Assembly: GCA_004431415.1 (NCBI GenBank)
Contig: QPMI01000478.1
Coordinates: 124,001-188,000, forward strand
Origin: Cyanophora paradoxa CCMP329
Lineage: Eukaryota; Plantae; Glaucophyta
Direction of reading: 5' to 3'
Length of the DNA stretch: 64,000 nt
Below the pieces are notes generated by a model, which did not search any database, had not been told where the DNA came from, and worked only from the letters and a program-made list of their open reading frames with translations. Below, piece by piece: positions 50,601-62,685 of the stretch (position 1 is its first letter; each line of letters begins with the position of its first letter). The position numbers were made by a program, and so were the translations under genes.

Positions 50601-53600
50601 TACCTTCATTGACGCCGTAGCGGATGGGCGACAGGTCCGCGTAAATGCCAGTCGAGGTGGTGTTTTGTATGCTGACGCGCCCACGCGCCACGAACAGCAG
50701 CGAGCCGCAGACCCACGCCCCTCCGCTGTAACGCTCGCCAGCTCCGGTCTGGCGCGCGAGGCCACGGTAAGTGCTCGGCCGCACGTGAACAATAGCTAGC
50801 TGAAGCGAGGGAAGGTGGAAGGCCCGCACTTGATTCACTCGCACCCACCGCGCCGATGGCGACACCCCAGTCACATCCGCGAAGAACAATTCGCTTGTGG
50901 CCTCCCACGCGGCATCCCGCCCCTGCATCAGAATCGAACACTTGTAAGAAAGTGCCGACGGCTCAGAATCGCACGCTCGCTGTATATGTACATGTACGCA
51001 CCCCGAGGTAAAATAACTTCCCGTCTTGTGTCTCTAGTCAGCGCTGATTTCGAGATTGCGTGAAATGGAGACGTGCGTGCGCGTACCGTACACCGCGCCT
51101 TGTGCTAGATCCGTTTTCGGCTGGCCATCAGACGTGTGGGCGATAAGAACACCCCAACTCGCAGTGCTCGCTTCGTAGTAGCTGATATTCCCATCAGTCA
51201 ATCACAAGGATTATTTTGCTGCAATCGCGAAACAGCCGTGCGCGAGCGTTCGCACATCAACGAATTTGTGAGAACCACGCCGCCAGTCGTTTTGTCATAC
51301 ATTGCGCCTCCCGCCACAAACAGCTGATTCATTTCAGCTTTCGTTAAACCATATATATACATATAGATGCGATGGTATTCGCTTCAGAGAGAAGTCGCAA
51401 CCGACCTTGCTACCATATATGACAGAAACGGGGCCAGCCCGCGCTCTTCCACTGATCTCATCTGCACTGCCAGTGTTCACGTCCACACACGTCGAGTTGG
51501 AAGCTCCGTCTGCGCGCAGGCCAGCTGTAAGCGACACTGCGCGGGTGCGGCGCGCCCAGCGACTTGGCGCTCGGCAACGTTAACTCTCCCCCAAAACATG
51601 GCACAGCATATAGAGCGCACCCCACTCGAGGTACCTGTTCGTGATTGCGAGTTAAATCGAATTTGTGATGTCTCAATTGCAAGCGATGCAAGTGTGATAG
51701 AGAATCTTGGGCGGCGCACCGCGAACCCGCCGGGATTTTCGTCCCATCGGCGTTCTCGTAAGCGGCACCCGTGTGTGCGACAAAGAAGCCCTTCCTGCCG
51801 AAGCCCCGATGGATCCATCCTTCTTCGGAGAAGGGACACGAGCTGCTCGGCGCGAACGGCGTCCAGCTTGCAGTGCCTCTAGCGGTGTTGATAGTAACAG
51901 TCCGAACTCCGCCCTCACCTTCATCCGGCTTAGAAAATGCGTCTCGCATCACTATTCCGACATTTGCGAACCGTTCAGAAGCACAAAAGGAGATGCAGAC
52001 ACGAGTTTGCGTCGCAAAGCCGAGGTATACGTAGCTTCATCTGAAGCGGCGGCGCTGTCCTCTTCAAACGTATATGTGCTCGGCATGAGCGTAGCCCCTC
52101 TCTGAGCTCGAAGCTCTGATCGAATCAAAAGTGTGAATGCATCCGCAAGGCATTCTCTCTTGGATTTCGCACCGATCAGCGTGGCGCTTTGAGATGCGAA
52201 TCCGCTGGCCGAGAAGCGAAGCTCCGCCGTGCACGTGACGTAGACGTTGAAAAGCGACATGTCTGGCAGGCCTTCGACAATCACCCCGTAGGACGAGTTC
52301 GACGATTGCATTGACGCCAGCTGCGCCCCAGGAAGCAGCTCCCCTTCGAAGTCCGCCGCAGCTCGGGCGTCCTCGGCGACGCAAGTGACCGTCAGCCTCT
52401 TGTACGTTGGGAACCCCACCGCACCCCATGACGAGAGGTTCCATGCTAGCGGGGACGTCTGAATTGCCGTCCCCGACAGCATGGTGAGCGTGAAAGGGAG
52501 AATGCCGGTCACATTGCGTGCTGTGAAAACCGGCCGGTTAACATGTTATCACATCCAGCCCCCAGAAATTAAGGAAATTACACAAACAGTAGTGCGGGCT
52601 TAAAATGCGCTCTCTGCAGAATGCTGTCTCTTAGTGCTCGTACCTGGAATAGAGAAAGCAGAAGAGCTCCTGCCGCTTGCAGCCCGACCCGAGTACATGA
52701 GGGTAGCGGTGCACGAGATCTCGTAGGGCTGCTGCTGCTCAGGGAACCCATCCATGCGCAAAGACGCGGTCGTGGAGCCGCTTCCCGGCTTTATGTTCGA
52801 AACAGACGCAGACAAAGTCTGGCCTGCACCGGTGCATTCAACATTCAAGCCAGAATAAAATGGTGTTCCCTGATAATAACAAAAGGTCAGCAGTAGAATT
52901 GTCGGGCCATGCAACATGATTCTGAACTTTCAAGCGTGCGCTAACACAAGAGCACCTCTTCTCCATCTGCAGATAAGGACCACGATATTATCCCCACCTC
53001 GACCGCAATCGGAGTGATCGGTGTCACCGCAAAGCTAGCCAAAGCTTCGACCTTCTTCGACACCATCATGGAGCCTCGCGGTGAGATGTTGGCCTCTGTC
53101 AACGTCGTTTGCGAACGGTGCCTTCAGAGTCAGCGAGCTGGTTTTCTCAGATCTAGAAAGGCTTTATTTATCTACTTCTTTATATCCAGTTCCATATACA
53201 CCCGACCCCAAGCGCAAGGCGAACCGAATCTGTGCACTGTTCCGGGCGTCCGCAGGTCGAGGAATACCGCACCACACTTCTCTTCCAGATCGAGCGCGGC
53301 CGGTTGTGACATTTCTCCCTCCGGCGAATCCGCGAGAGCGGTGTAGAACGCAACTGAGCATGACATGGGAGTGGCGAGCATGCAGCATGAGCGCCCCGTT
53401 GCGCAACCCAACCCCGAAGCACGCGCCTGATTTCATCTCCGATCCGAAAGCTATGGGTGAAAGATTGGCCGTCAGGACGGTTTTCGAGGGAGCTCCATTG
53501 ATCCCTGCGCCGCCCCGGGCCAGGAAAAACATTGACCCGCAGATCCAAGCTCCTCCACCTTGCCGCCTGTCGGCTCCGCGCTGCGCACTGGTCGTCAGCC

Positions 53601-56600
53601 TTGCGAGGCCCTGAGGATTTATCGAATCGAATTTTCAAGGCTTGGTGTTAGTCGACGTCAGAGACTCGGACCTGGTTTACTTGCACCCACGTGGTCGACG
53701 CGAGAGTAAGGTCCGCAAAGAAGAGATCGCTCGTTGCCGACCAGAAGGCGTCCCGTCCCTGTACGTGCGGGGCGCTTCAGCAACTCGTCAGAACGGGTGG
53801 CCATGGCATGGCAAACAACACATACGCCAAAGTAGAAGAGCTTTCCGTCTGTGTGGGCACGTACGCGTGCGAGTTCGAATACGACAAGGCGTCAAGGGCG
53901 TGGGCGGACTAGGCAGGGAATTCGAACGCACTGAAGACAGCCCCCTGCGCCATATCAGTCCTCGGTTCGCCTGCCGCTGAGTGCGCAATCAGTGTCGCCC
54001 ACGTCTGCAGGTTCGCGTCGTAGTAGCTGCCACGTGCACGGAACAGGGAATCATGATCAGCTTCGTCATTTAACGGTTTTCGGAATGAATGCACATGAGT
54101 GAGTCGGTGAGAAGTTTGCTTCCAGTCCCTTCATCAACTTTCGCTCCACCCGCCACAAACAACTGCTCACGTGCATGATACTAAGCATTTCGTCTCCAAG
54201 AAAACGCACGCATTATTCCTATAGCTATAGCTATTTGGACAAAGATTTAAATATCGCACCTTGTGACCGAACACGACAGAGACGGGGCCAGTCCGCGCCC
54301 GTCCGCTGATCTCGTCTGCACTGCCAGTGTTCACGTCGACGCACGTCGAGTTGGAACCTCCGTCTGAGCGCAGGCGTAATATGAGCGACATCGCGCGCAT
54401 GCGGCGCGCCCAGCGACTTGGCGCTCGGCAACTCTCCCCCGAAATTTACACATGGCACAGCACATGATCATGATGCTCACCCCACTCGAGGTAGCTGTTT
54501 TCGAGCCGAACCGGAATTTCGATATGTCAGTTGCAAGCACTACAAGCATGATACGAGCTCTGCAGCAAAGTAGAGAGCTCAGAATGAGTTGCCAAAAATC
54601 GCACCGGGAACCCGCCGGGATTTTCGTCCCATTGGCGTTCTCGTAAGCAGCACCCGTGTGGGCGACAAAGAAGCCCTTCCTGCCGAGGCCTCGATGGATC
54701 CATCCTTCTTCGGAGAAGGGACACGAGCTGCTCGGCGCGAACGACGTCCAGCTTGCGGTGCCTGCTGCTGCGTCCACTTCTATTGAGCCGATACCGGCAG
54801 TACCTTCAGTGGAAAAGCAATATTCTGTCAGTTCGTATAAATTTACGAACTACCCTTTGAACGCATGCACCCGCCACTAGCTTGAAAGGAGCAGAAAACA
54901 CGATGCGCAAAAGTTCGAGGTCTGAAGCCGCACTCCATGCAGTGAGCGCGACCGCAGAGTGCCAGACAACCACGTCACGCTTGACGACGAGATCCACATG
55001 CGTGGCGGTACCCGTAGCTAGTCCTGCCGCCGAGAACAGAAGTGTGGCAGTGCAGTTGATAGATACATCGAAGAACGACATATCGGGAAAGCCTGTCATT
55101 GAGACGTTCGGGGCGATCGTCACCCCTGGCGAAATGTCTGACACAAACGCGCTCCTGGTTGTTCCGTCGCTTGTGCAAGCTACTTCCAATCTGCGGTAGC
55201 TGGGGGATCCGTCCGCACCGCTGAAAGAGAGCTCCCACGCGATCGGCGACGTTGCAATCGTGAATCGGTCCGCTTTTGATATAGTAAAAATCAACGAGCC
55301 CTCGACATCTCTCGCTGTTGGAAATGTGAGCACATCTCTCGCTGTTGGAAAGGCAGAGTCTTTGCACCTGCAAGGGAGAAAATCAAATCTGAGAAGGAGA
55401 GTTTTGAATACGAAGCGTTGCTGCCAGCAAACAACATGGCAGTGCAGTTGATCGAGTACGAGCGGGGGGCCTCCGGAAAGCCCTTCAAAGTGACCGCATC
55501 CACCATCGTTTCGCCCGGAGATAACGACGTATTGATATAAGCTTTTGTTGTCCCGCCGCCAGTGCAGCTCACGGTTAGATTTGGATAGACTGGCGTATCA
55601 ATCGCACCCTCCGCTGGCAGGCTCCATGTGATAGGAGTCGTGACGATAGACGTTGTCGATAGGGCGACCACTGAGAAATTCAGCTTGTTGGCAACCACTG
55701 ACCTCTGCGGCGCTGCAGAGGGATTAGGCGCTGAAAATGATTCAGGGAACGAAGCTCAGAGCACCTGGCGGAACCGTGCACGCAGTGCTGCCTATCTGAT
55801 CGCGCCAGAGCGCTGTTCGCTCGTTGCCCAGACCACTGGCCAAGAGTGTCGAACGACAGTAATACTTCAGGGAAAGCGACGTTGGCGGGACGTGGATAAG
55901 GAGGACATCGATGGTAGAGTTGAAGGAGGAGGCGACGGGGGCGAAATCGGAGCGGTTGGTATACTCGGGCGCATCATCAGCTGTCGAGCAGTTCACCACT
56001 ACCAGATCTATCCGCGGCATCACGCAGTCGGCGGCGGCTTGATCGATCCACGAAGCTCTCGTCGAAATGGCCTTCCATGCTGGATAGAGGTCTTCGTTCG
56101 TACTTCCAGGGCATGATGTCTGCAGATTGTTGATCGAGCAATAAGAGGCTGCGCGCGATGGAAAATTGTGATTATTTGGCATCTGTAGACCCCAGGCCTA
56201 GGAGAAATGGTTTTTTGAGTCGCGAAATTTAAAGCCGGAGCACCTCTCTTTAGCAACGTGGTGTTAGTAGCCGAGACGGATCCCGGCAGTTCATCTCCGA
56301 AAAATAGCGTGGCGTTGCATTTCACCTGCAGCTCGGCCTCTATGCTAGGGGTGAAGCCGGAAACGACGGCAGCTGGAGCCGAGGTGGACCCAGCAGCGAT
56401 ACCGGTCACCGCAACAGCGCGGGTCTCGCCGTTCGGACTGGTGCAGACAATTGAAAGGTTCGAGTACGAGGGCGTGTCGATGGGACCCGCGCTCGGAAAA
56501 AGGGACCAGGAGCACGCCACTTGCACGGATGAAATGGAAGACGGTTCTGCCCGCATCTCAAGGGAGCGAGCGACCCGCGGTGCAGCTGCGCTCGCACATG

Positions 56601-58983
56601 TACATATTAGAATCTAGAAGTCATGATCGATATCAGGGAGATTTGGAGATGCGCCGGGGAGTCAGCGCTAGCGGATCCGACCTGCCAATATCGTCGTGTT
56701 TGTAACCGATGCGCGCAGCTCAGCCGATCCATAGGAAAGTGTCGCAGTGCACGTAAAGTTGACGCCAAGTCCGATGGGGTGTGATGGGAATTGCAACACA
56801 TCGCTGAACGAGGTCGATCCGGCAGCCAGTTTTGTTGAATTGATAATCAACGAGTTCGTTTGCGCCTGGCTAGCGGATGTGCAAGCGATTGTGAGCAGTG
56901 AGTAGGAAGGAGTGTCATTTCGTCCGGCGGTCAGCTCCCACGACACGTTCGCGAGAAGTTGAGTGAAAGGGGCCGGTGAAGTACTCAGGGAGAGCTGAAG
57001 AGATCCCGGCCGGACGCGCTTCTCCCAGGATGAGTGCAGAAGACCTGCGCGAAAGGGGTACGGAATGCAATCGTTGTCCACGAGGCATCCCTTCGCATTG
57101 GATTGGGGCGGTGTTCGCGCACTGTGTCGTATGAAATGGAAGTACCCTGGCCAAGCTTCGAATCCAGCTGCAGCACCACCTTTCTGCCGTATGCCATTAG
57201 CTGAATACCTGTTGCACCGACGCTGTCAGGCGCCCTGAAGTACGGGAAAGATGGTGTATATATTACGGAGCTAACATGTAACAATTGCCGTCAGTCATGT
57301 CTTCGAGGCTTGCGTAGGCCGCATTTTGGACAGCGAAAAGGTCCCCGACGACCCACGGCTCCCCAAGAAGCTCGACTCCGCTTGTCACTGCAAATTTGAA
57401 GAGCCTTTCGGAAACATGCATATTTGGAAGCAGGATGGATATGTATATATATGCGTGACGCACCATTGACGAGGAAAGGGCCCGAATTCTCACCGACCTG
57501 AATCAAGTACGATCCGCAACCCACCAGAACTATGCCGAAGCGTGCGGTCGGCACGACGACATCAATTGAAGTTAGGAAGGTCCATGCAAAAGTCGTGGCG
57601 CGCAGGTCGACGTAGCTGACGCAAAGCTCCGAATGTAAGGCGCAGTAAAGACATAATCCCAAATTAGCCAAGCTTGGCTTACAAGATACCGGTTCGAGTT
57701 TGATCACCAAGCAAACCCGTATTGCCTCCGGAGACATACCAGCGCTTGCCTGATCATGAGGAGAGTAGAAACTTTTACTGGCGCGATTAAGACGATGTAC
57801 TCAAAGTTTGCGCGCACCCAGGCGAGCGCATCCCGCCGAATAACGGGGCGACATTTTCCAAGTCGTGCTGTCAAGGTTGTTTGAGATCCTGTAGCTCCAA
57901 GTACTGGTCGCGATATTATATTGGAGCACGTCGTTCGCTAAAACTGTATCGGCAGAATTTCCTCGTGGTCTTTGCCCAGTAGTAACCTGCAGACGCGATT
58001 CTGAGCTCGAGGCTGAGCTCGAAGCGCTAATTATAAACTAATATATATAAGATGAATTCGCACATATACAAAGCCATCGAAAACCGTCATGCCTGCCGGA
58101 AATAGAACCGAGTGTCATGACCATTTGATCTGCCGTGCAGGTGCAGCCAGTGCACGCACAATGGTACCCTCGCTGAACCGGCATAGACATCAGTTGTTCA
58201 ATCGGCCCGGATAAGCTCGTCGAGATTCGCCAGAAGCCGTTAGAGTATCCGGTTGGATTTGACGAGCTCACCGACACGTATCCCCCCGAAATGTAGATAT
58301 AGCTGTCTTCGTCCCATGCCGCCGCGCCTTTTTTGCGCCACGTCAGTTCACGAGCAACTCCCACATGTACAGATGCAATGTTAACAGAGATCCGAACCGC
58401 CTGCAAACGCATACAAAGTCTTATCGCTGTAGCCTCTCCAAGTATTCTTGTTTACTGCACGCGCATGCAAACACGCAATTGCAAATTTCAGGTACTGCGC
58501 ATGCAGTACGCTAGAAACGCAGCGCTGCAATAGTCACCGAAATCCAGCTCCCATATATCGTTGCAGTATTCGCTGTTCGTTCCCATCGAACGGCCGCCGA
58601 CGAAAGCGAATTTCGGACCAGTCGAAGTTCTATACATGACGCCGGCGGCTTGTTCGCGGCCTCGATTGTAAACGTTGTTGGCGCAGGACCCGATGGGGAT
58701 TTGAGTATTTCCCGCCTCCCTAATCACCACATCTGCCAAGCAAGGCAATGTTAGCAATTGCCAGAAGTTGCCACCTCGTCCGTGGTGGCGCACCCGACAT
58801 CGTGGCAGAATTCTGTGCGGCGACCGTGCTCAACATTCCCTTGAATCCAGGAAACGTGTTCGCCCAATCGGTTGTAAATCGAACCCGCAGATTGGAGCCA
58901 GTGGTCGTGACAACTGGAGGCGTCGTCGGACTGCCGTGCAGAACCCTTTGCCGAGAAGCTCCATTGCTATTGCCGTCGAACAG
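38676..58983 (-). CDS. Giant multi-exon single-pass cell-surface protein (CUB + kelch + repeated Ig-like and propeller-like modules + TM); 5' end not in view
   Basis: CUB C-half LFDG...PPVVTTTGSNLRVRFTTDWANTFPGFKG (from 58983); kelch FVGG/ISGG...W repeats (57800-58730); many exons of about 100 aa reading GSL.F...W.LS..G..DTP.Y..L.V.C...GLP...Y.I.C.ATL.Y; last exon LFIITGGIAVALAVGVLVAGAL then a basic tail ending VTRL*. May be more than one gene. Confidence 0.75.
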
Positions 58984-59038
58984 CTGCCGAAAAACTTCGA
59001 TTCAACTGCCAGCGCAAGATACAGGTCTTGAGCTTTAG

Positions 59039-59321
59039 ACACATAGTAAAATGCGGAGTTTTAACCCTCGGCTTATCTTAATTGATTTTGTTGATATATC
59101 TCGTATATTCTATTTCAATCAATCGATAATCTGTGTATATCTTATCGAATATTCAATTATTTCGATTATTTTGTATTCTTTTCGATATTTTATCGTAAAT
59201 TTCTCTTATTTTCCGATTAGTCTTACTGAGTCAATCGATAATCTGTATATATTTCCGAATAATATAACTGAATCTCAATTAGATCTTGCCTCTGGTTAAA
59301 ACTCCGCATTTTACTATGTGT
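59039..59321. repeat. 28-bp perfect inverted repeat enclosing AT-rich DNA at the element tip
   Basis: ACACATAGTAAAATGCGGAGTTTTAACC at 59039-59066 and its reverse complement at 59294-59321. Confidence 0.9.
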
Positions 59322-59563
59322 GATTGGTCTAAAAGGTAATTGATTTAATCGATATTATATTCATGTACTTTCTCGATTAAATTTAATTAAATTTAATTCA
59401 TTTAATCGGAAATATATCGCTAAACTCGATTAAGATCCATAAATGATTCATTTGTTTATATTAACAAATCGATCTCTTATTGAATTCAATCGTAATTATA
59501 CATGAAACTTATATGATTTTATCATTGTTTTGTTGAGTCTAAGGGGGGACCCTTAGGAATTTG

Positions 59564-59863
59564 GGTGTCACAGGTGTCACAGGTGTCACAGGTCAATCCC
59601 AAACTTTTGAGAGTTGATTTTTATATATGTGAAAACTTTGGGATAGACCTGTGACACCTGTGAACAACACCATTTATGGTAAGAGCCTCTTTTATAATGA
59701 AAAACTCAGTAACAATAAGTAAGAAGTTTATCTATGTAATTCTACTTGAATAAACAAATGAAATAATCGAGTGTGACAGGTGTGACAGGTCCATCCCAAA
59801 CTTTTGAGAGTTCATTTTTATGCTATAGAAAACTTTGGGATAGACCTGTGACACCTGTGACAC
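59564..59863. repeat. Two tandem hairpin modules with GTGTCACAG iterations
   Basis: (GGTGTCACA)n-GGTC.ATCCCAAA...TTTGGGATAGACC-(TGTGACACC)n at 59564-59663 and 59771-59863. Confidence 0.85.
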
Positions 59864-60696
59864 ATACCATATTCAGTAAGGACCTCATATATTGTGAAAA
59901 TCTCAGTGTTAGTTGGTGTTAAATCTTTCAGGCAGCATTTATTTGTCAGGCATTAAATCTATCGATTTTCATAAAGTATTTTATTTTGGCTAAGTCATTG
60001 TTTGGATTAACAATGAAATTTCAATTTTATAAAAGTTTTCTAAAAAGGTGCCTGACAATGCCTGACATACTATATTACTGCCTGACAACTATATTATAGT
60101 GCCTGACAAACCATATATGGTAATACTATATGATATCTTCTACTATCTCAGTGTTAGTTGGTGTAGTTGATTCAAAAAAAAATGCATTTTATACTCTGAT
60201 TCATTGTTATTTCCTGTGAAATTTGAGTCAACTCAACCCACTTAGTCAACCCTTGCATTGAATTCGTAACAAAATCCATATACTATCGATTAATATGAGT
60301 CAACCTTGATTCCACTTTAATTATAGGGGGAATCTAGGGCAGATGCTTACTAAATGCAGTGTTAGATTGATGGTTTCACAGGTGTAATCACGATTATCTA
60401 TAAAGTAGATTTAGGTGGATTATTCGAGATCATACAGTCAGAGATGGTATACAGACTTTCAGACCACAAAAGAGACATATTCAGCCCCACAAACCCGGGC
60501 AAATCTACGATCCAGTTCGCGAAAGTAGCATAGATGTGTAGAGGATGCAAAGAGGATTCCGGCGATGGTCGCGGTTTTTAAAACGGATGAGTTGGTGAAG
60601 AGTTACAGCAGTTTGTATGCTTTTCTTGGATTTCTTGGGTTCCAATTGTAATTGTATTTGTTCCCCCGGTTGTAATGTGCGACGGGGGTATCGACT

Positions 60697-60810
60697 TATT
60701 ACAATTCTTACAATAGTTACATTACAATTCTTACAATTCTTACAATTCTTACAATTCTTACAATTCTTACATTACAATTCTTACAATGTTTACAATTCTT
60801 ACATTACAAA
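60697..60810. repeat. TTACAATTC 9-mer minisatellite
   Basis: About 10 exact or variant copies. Confidence 0.9.
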
Positions 60811-61297
60811 TCTTGCATGACGTCACGACATATATACCGTATATATACACGTGACGTCACGACATATATACACTATATATACCAAAACCTCCGTATTGCC
60901 GGTTGACCAAGAAAAAATGTTTGGAAAAAAATAATTAAAAAATATATATACATATACATATATATAATCAAAAAATCGGAAAAAATTCCCTCTTTTTTCT
61001 ACCGTATAAACGCGCCCGTCACATCGACTCTCATAGTCGGAGCATTTATATATACCAGCGGATATATTCGTATATATCGCGTTCTCAGTGGGAAACCTAT
61101 GTTTCACCAAGTCTACTATGGCAAGTGACTTTTGCATCTTCAAACTGTTATATCTCATCACCAGATCATCAAAACGCAACGTTCTGCATATCGCTGTGAA
61201 GCGCTTGAAAAGATCTACAAGACTATGTGTATAGCATATGCATATATGTATATCAGTCATACATATATTTTGAAAAAACGAGTTTTCGGCTAGCAAA

Positions 61298-62566
61298 CTA
61301 GCTAGTTTTGGTCCTTTCTCTTAGTGTTCTTTGAGGTTTAGGAGCTGTATATGACTCCTTAGTAGTCTGAAAGTCATTATACCATCTCTGGCTATTCACT
61401 TCTGAAAGTTTCTGTGTCCCTGCTATGGTGAGCTTTTTGAGTTCCCTGTTAACTTTCCCAGCCTTCTCCTTTCTAGCCTCTATCAAAGGCTTATCTGGGA
61501 CTTCATTAGCAGCTTCTATGCCCTCTCTCCTTATAGCAGCATCAACCCTAGCTTCCTCTTTAGCTTGCTCCAAGGCATCCACTGTAGGTGTTTCTAGATA
61601 CTCAACTGCATTCACAGGCAACAGCTCATGGAAAGCAAACCTGTTATCTATGATCTCTCCAGTGGGACTCCTTAGCTTAAATTTAAAGCCTTCCCTACTA
61701 TCAACAGTGTAAACCATCCTAGACCAATTGTTACCCTGTTTAGCAAAGGGGTTCTTCTCAACTTTCACTCTAACAAACATGCCAGGCTGCATGGTATCAA
61801 GGTAAGCTATTGATTTCTTGAATCTTTCATCTTCTAATCCCACTATATACCTATAATGATCCTCTGTAGTTTCACCTGGCTTCATCTTAGTAGCTGAGTG
61901 GACTGTATTATTGTAATTATACTCAATATCACCTAACACATCAAAGAATCTAGCTGTGTTATTAGCTATGCAGTAGTTTGTGATCAGTCTCTTAATCTGC
62001 TTGTTAAAGGCTTCAATTCGACCTTGGCTTCTGTGGTCAGCAGTTCCACTCACTTGGTGTTCTATGAATTTACTAGATAAATACTCCTGGAATATTCGAT
62101 TTTGGAACTCACTTCCAGCATCTGATTGAACCTTTACTATTGGTCTTGCCACTCTCATCTCAAGCTGTTTAAATGCAGCCAATGTAGTGAGAGCTGATTT
62201 ATCTCTTATAGGTATAATATACCCAGTTCTCAGTGTTGATTCCATTGCAGTCATAAATGTATCATAGCCATTGTTTTGTTTCTTATAAGCTGGGAAAAAG
62301 AGCAAATCAATCACATAGGTATCAAGGGGTTGCCTAATTGGGACCATGGGATCTCTCTTCCTAGATATAGCAGGTGCATTGATCTGAACAACTTCTTGTT
62401 TTTTATAGAACTCTTGCAACTGCTTATAGGATTCATCTGGTAACTCAGCCCTCATAGCTTGAAGCCCTTTATAACCAGTTCTCACATCATAGAATCTCTT
62501 GGCAATCTTGTTGGTTTCTTTCACTGCAATAGCAACTGGGATCTCTACTGGGACAAGCTCTTTCAT
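61298..62566 (-). CDS. Retroviral-like (rve) DDE integrase, Polinton type
   Basis: YVIDLL, VQSDAGSEF, GRIEAFNKQIK, YNNTVHSATKMKP, and the Polinton-type C-terminal GMFVRV...FAKQGNNWS. Confidence 0.93.
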   Translation of the reverse strand: MKELVPVEIPVAIAVKETNKIAKRFYDVRTGYKGLQAMRAELPDESYKQLQEFYKKQEVVQINAPAISRKRDPMVPIRQPLDTYVIDLLFFPAYKKQNNGYDTFMTAMESTLRTGYIIPIRDKSALTTLAAFKQLEMRVARPIVKVQSDAGSEFQNRIFQEYLSSKFIEHQVSGTADHRSQGRIEAFNKQIKRLITNYCIANNTARFFDVLGDIEYNYNNTVHSATKMKPGETTEDHYRYIVGLEDERFKKSIAYLDTMQPGMFVRVKVEKNPFAKQGNNWSRMVYTVDSREGFKFKLRSPTGEIIDNRFAFHELLPVNAVEYLETPTVDALEQAKEEARVDAAIRREGIEAANEVPDKPLIEARKEKAGKVNRELKKLTIAGTQKLSEVNSQRWYNDFQTTKESYTAPKPQRTLRERTKTS

Positions 62567-62685
62567 TTCAGACTTTTTGACAATTCGAGATTCCCCTTTT
62601 CCTCCTTTGGAACTGTGATAGGCAGTAGGTTACCTTGTAGTTGCTCAGTGGTTCTCCTAACTATTCTTCCAGTTGCTGGCATCTC

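Noticed and set aside
59039-59321. Independent MITE or Transib/RSS-like element
   Set aside because: No TSD on the flanks, composition is continuous with the Polinton, and the RSS resemblance is limited to CAC.
60823-61296. Polinton ORF of 157 aa
   Set aside because: Partly low-complexity AT repeats, no motif, and it lacks the CpG avoidance of the neighbouring real genes.
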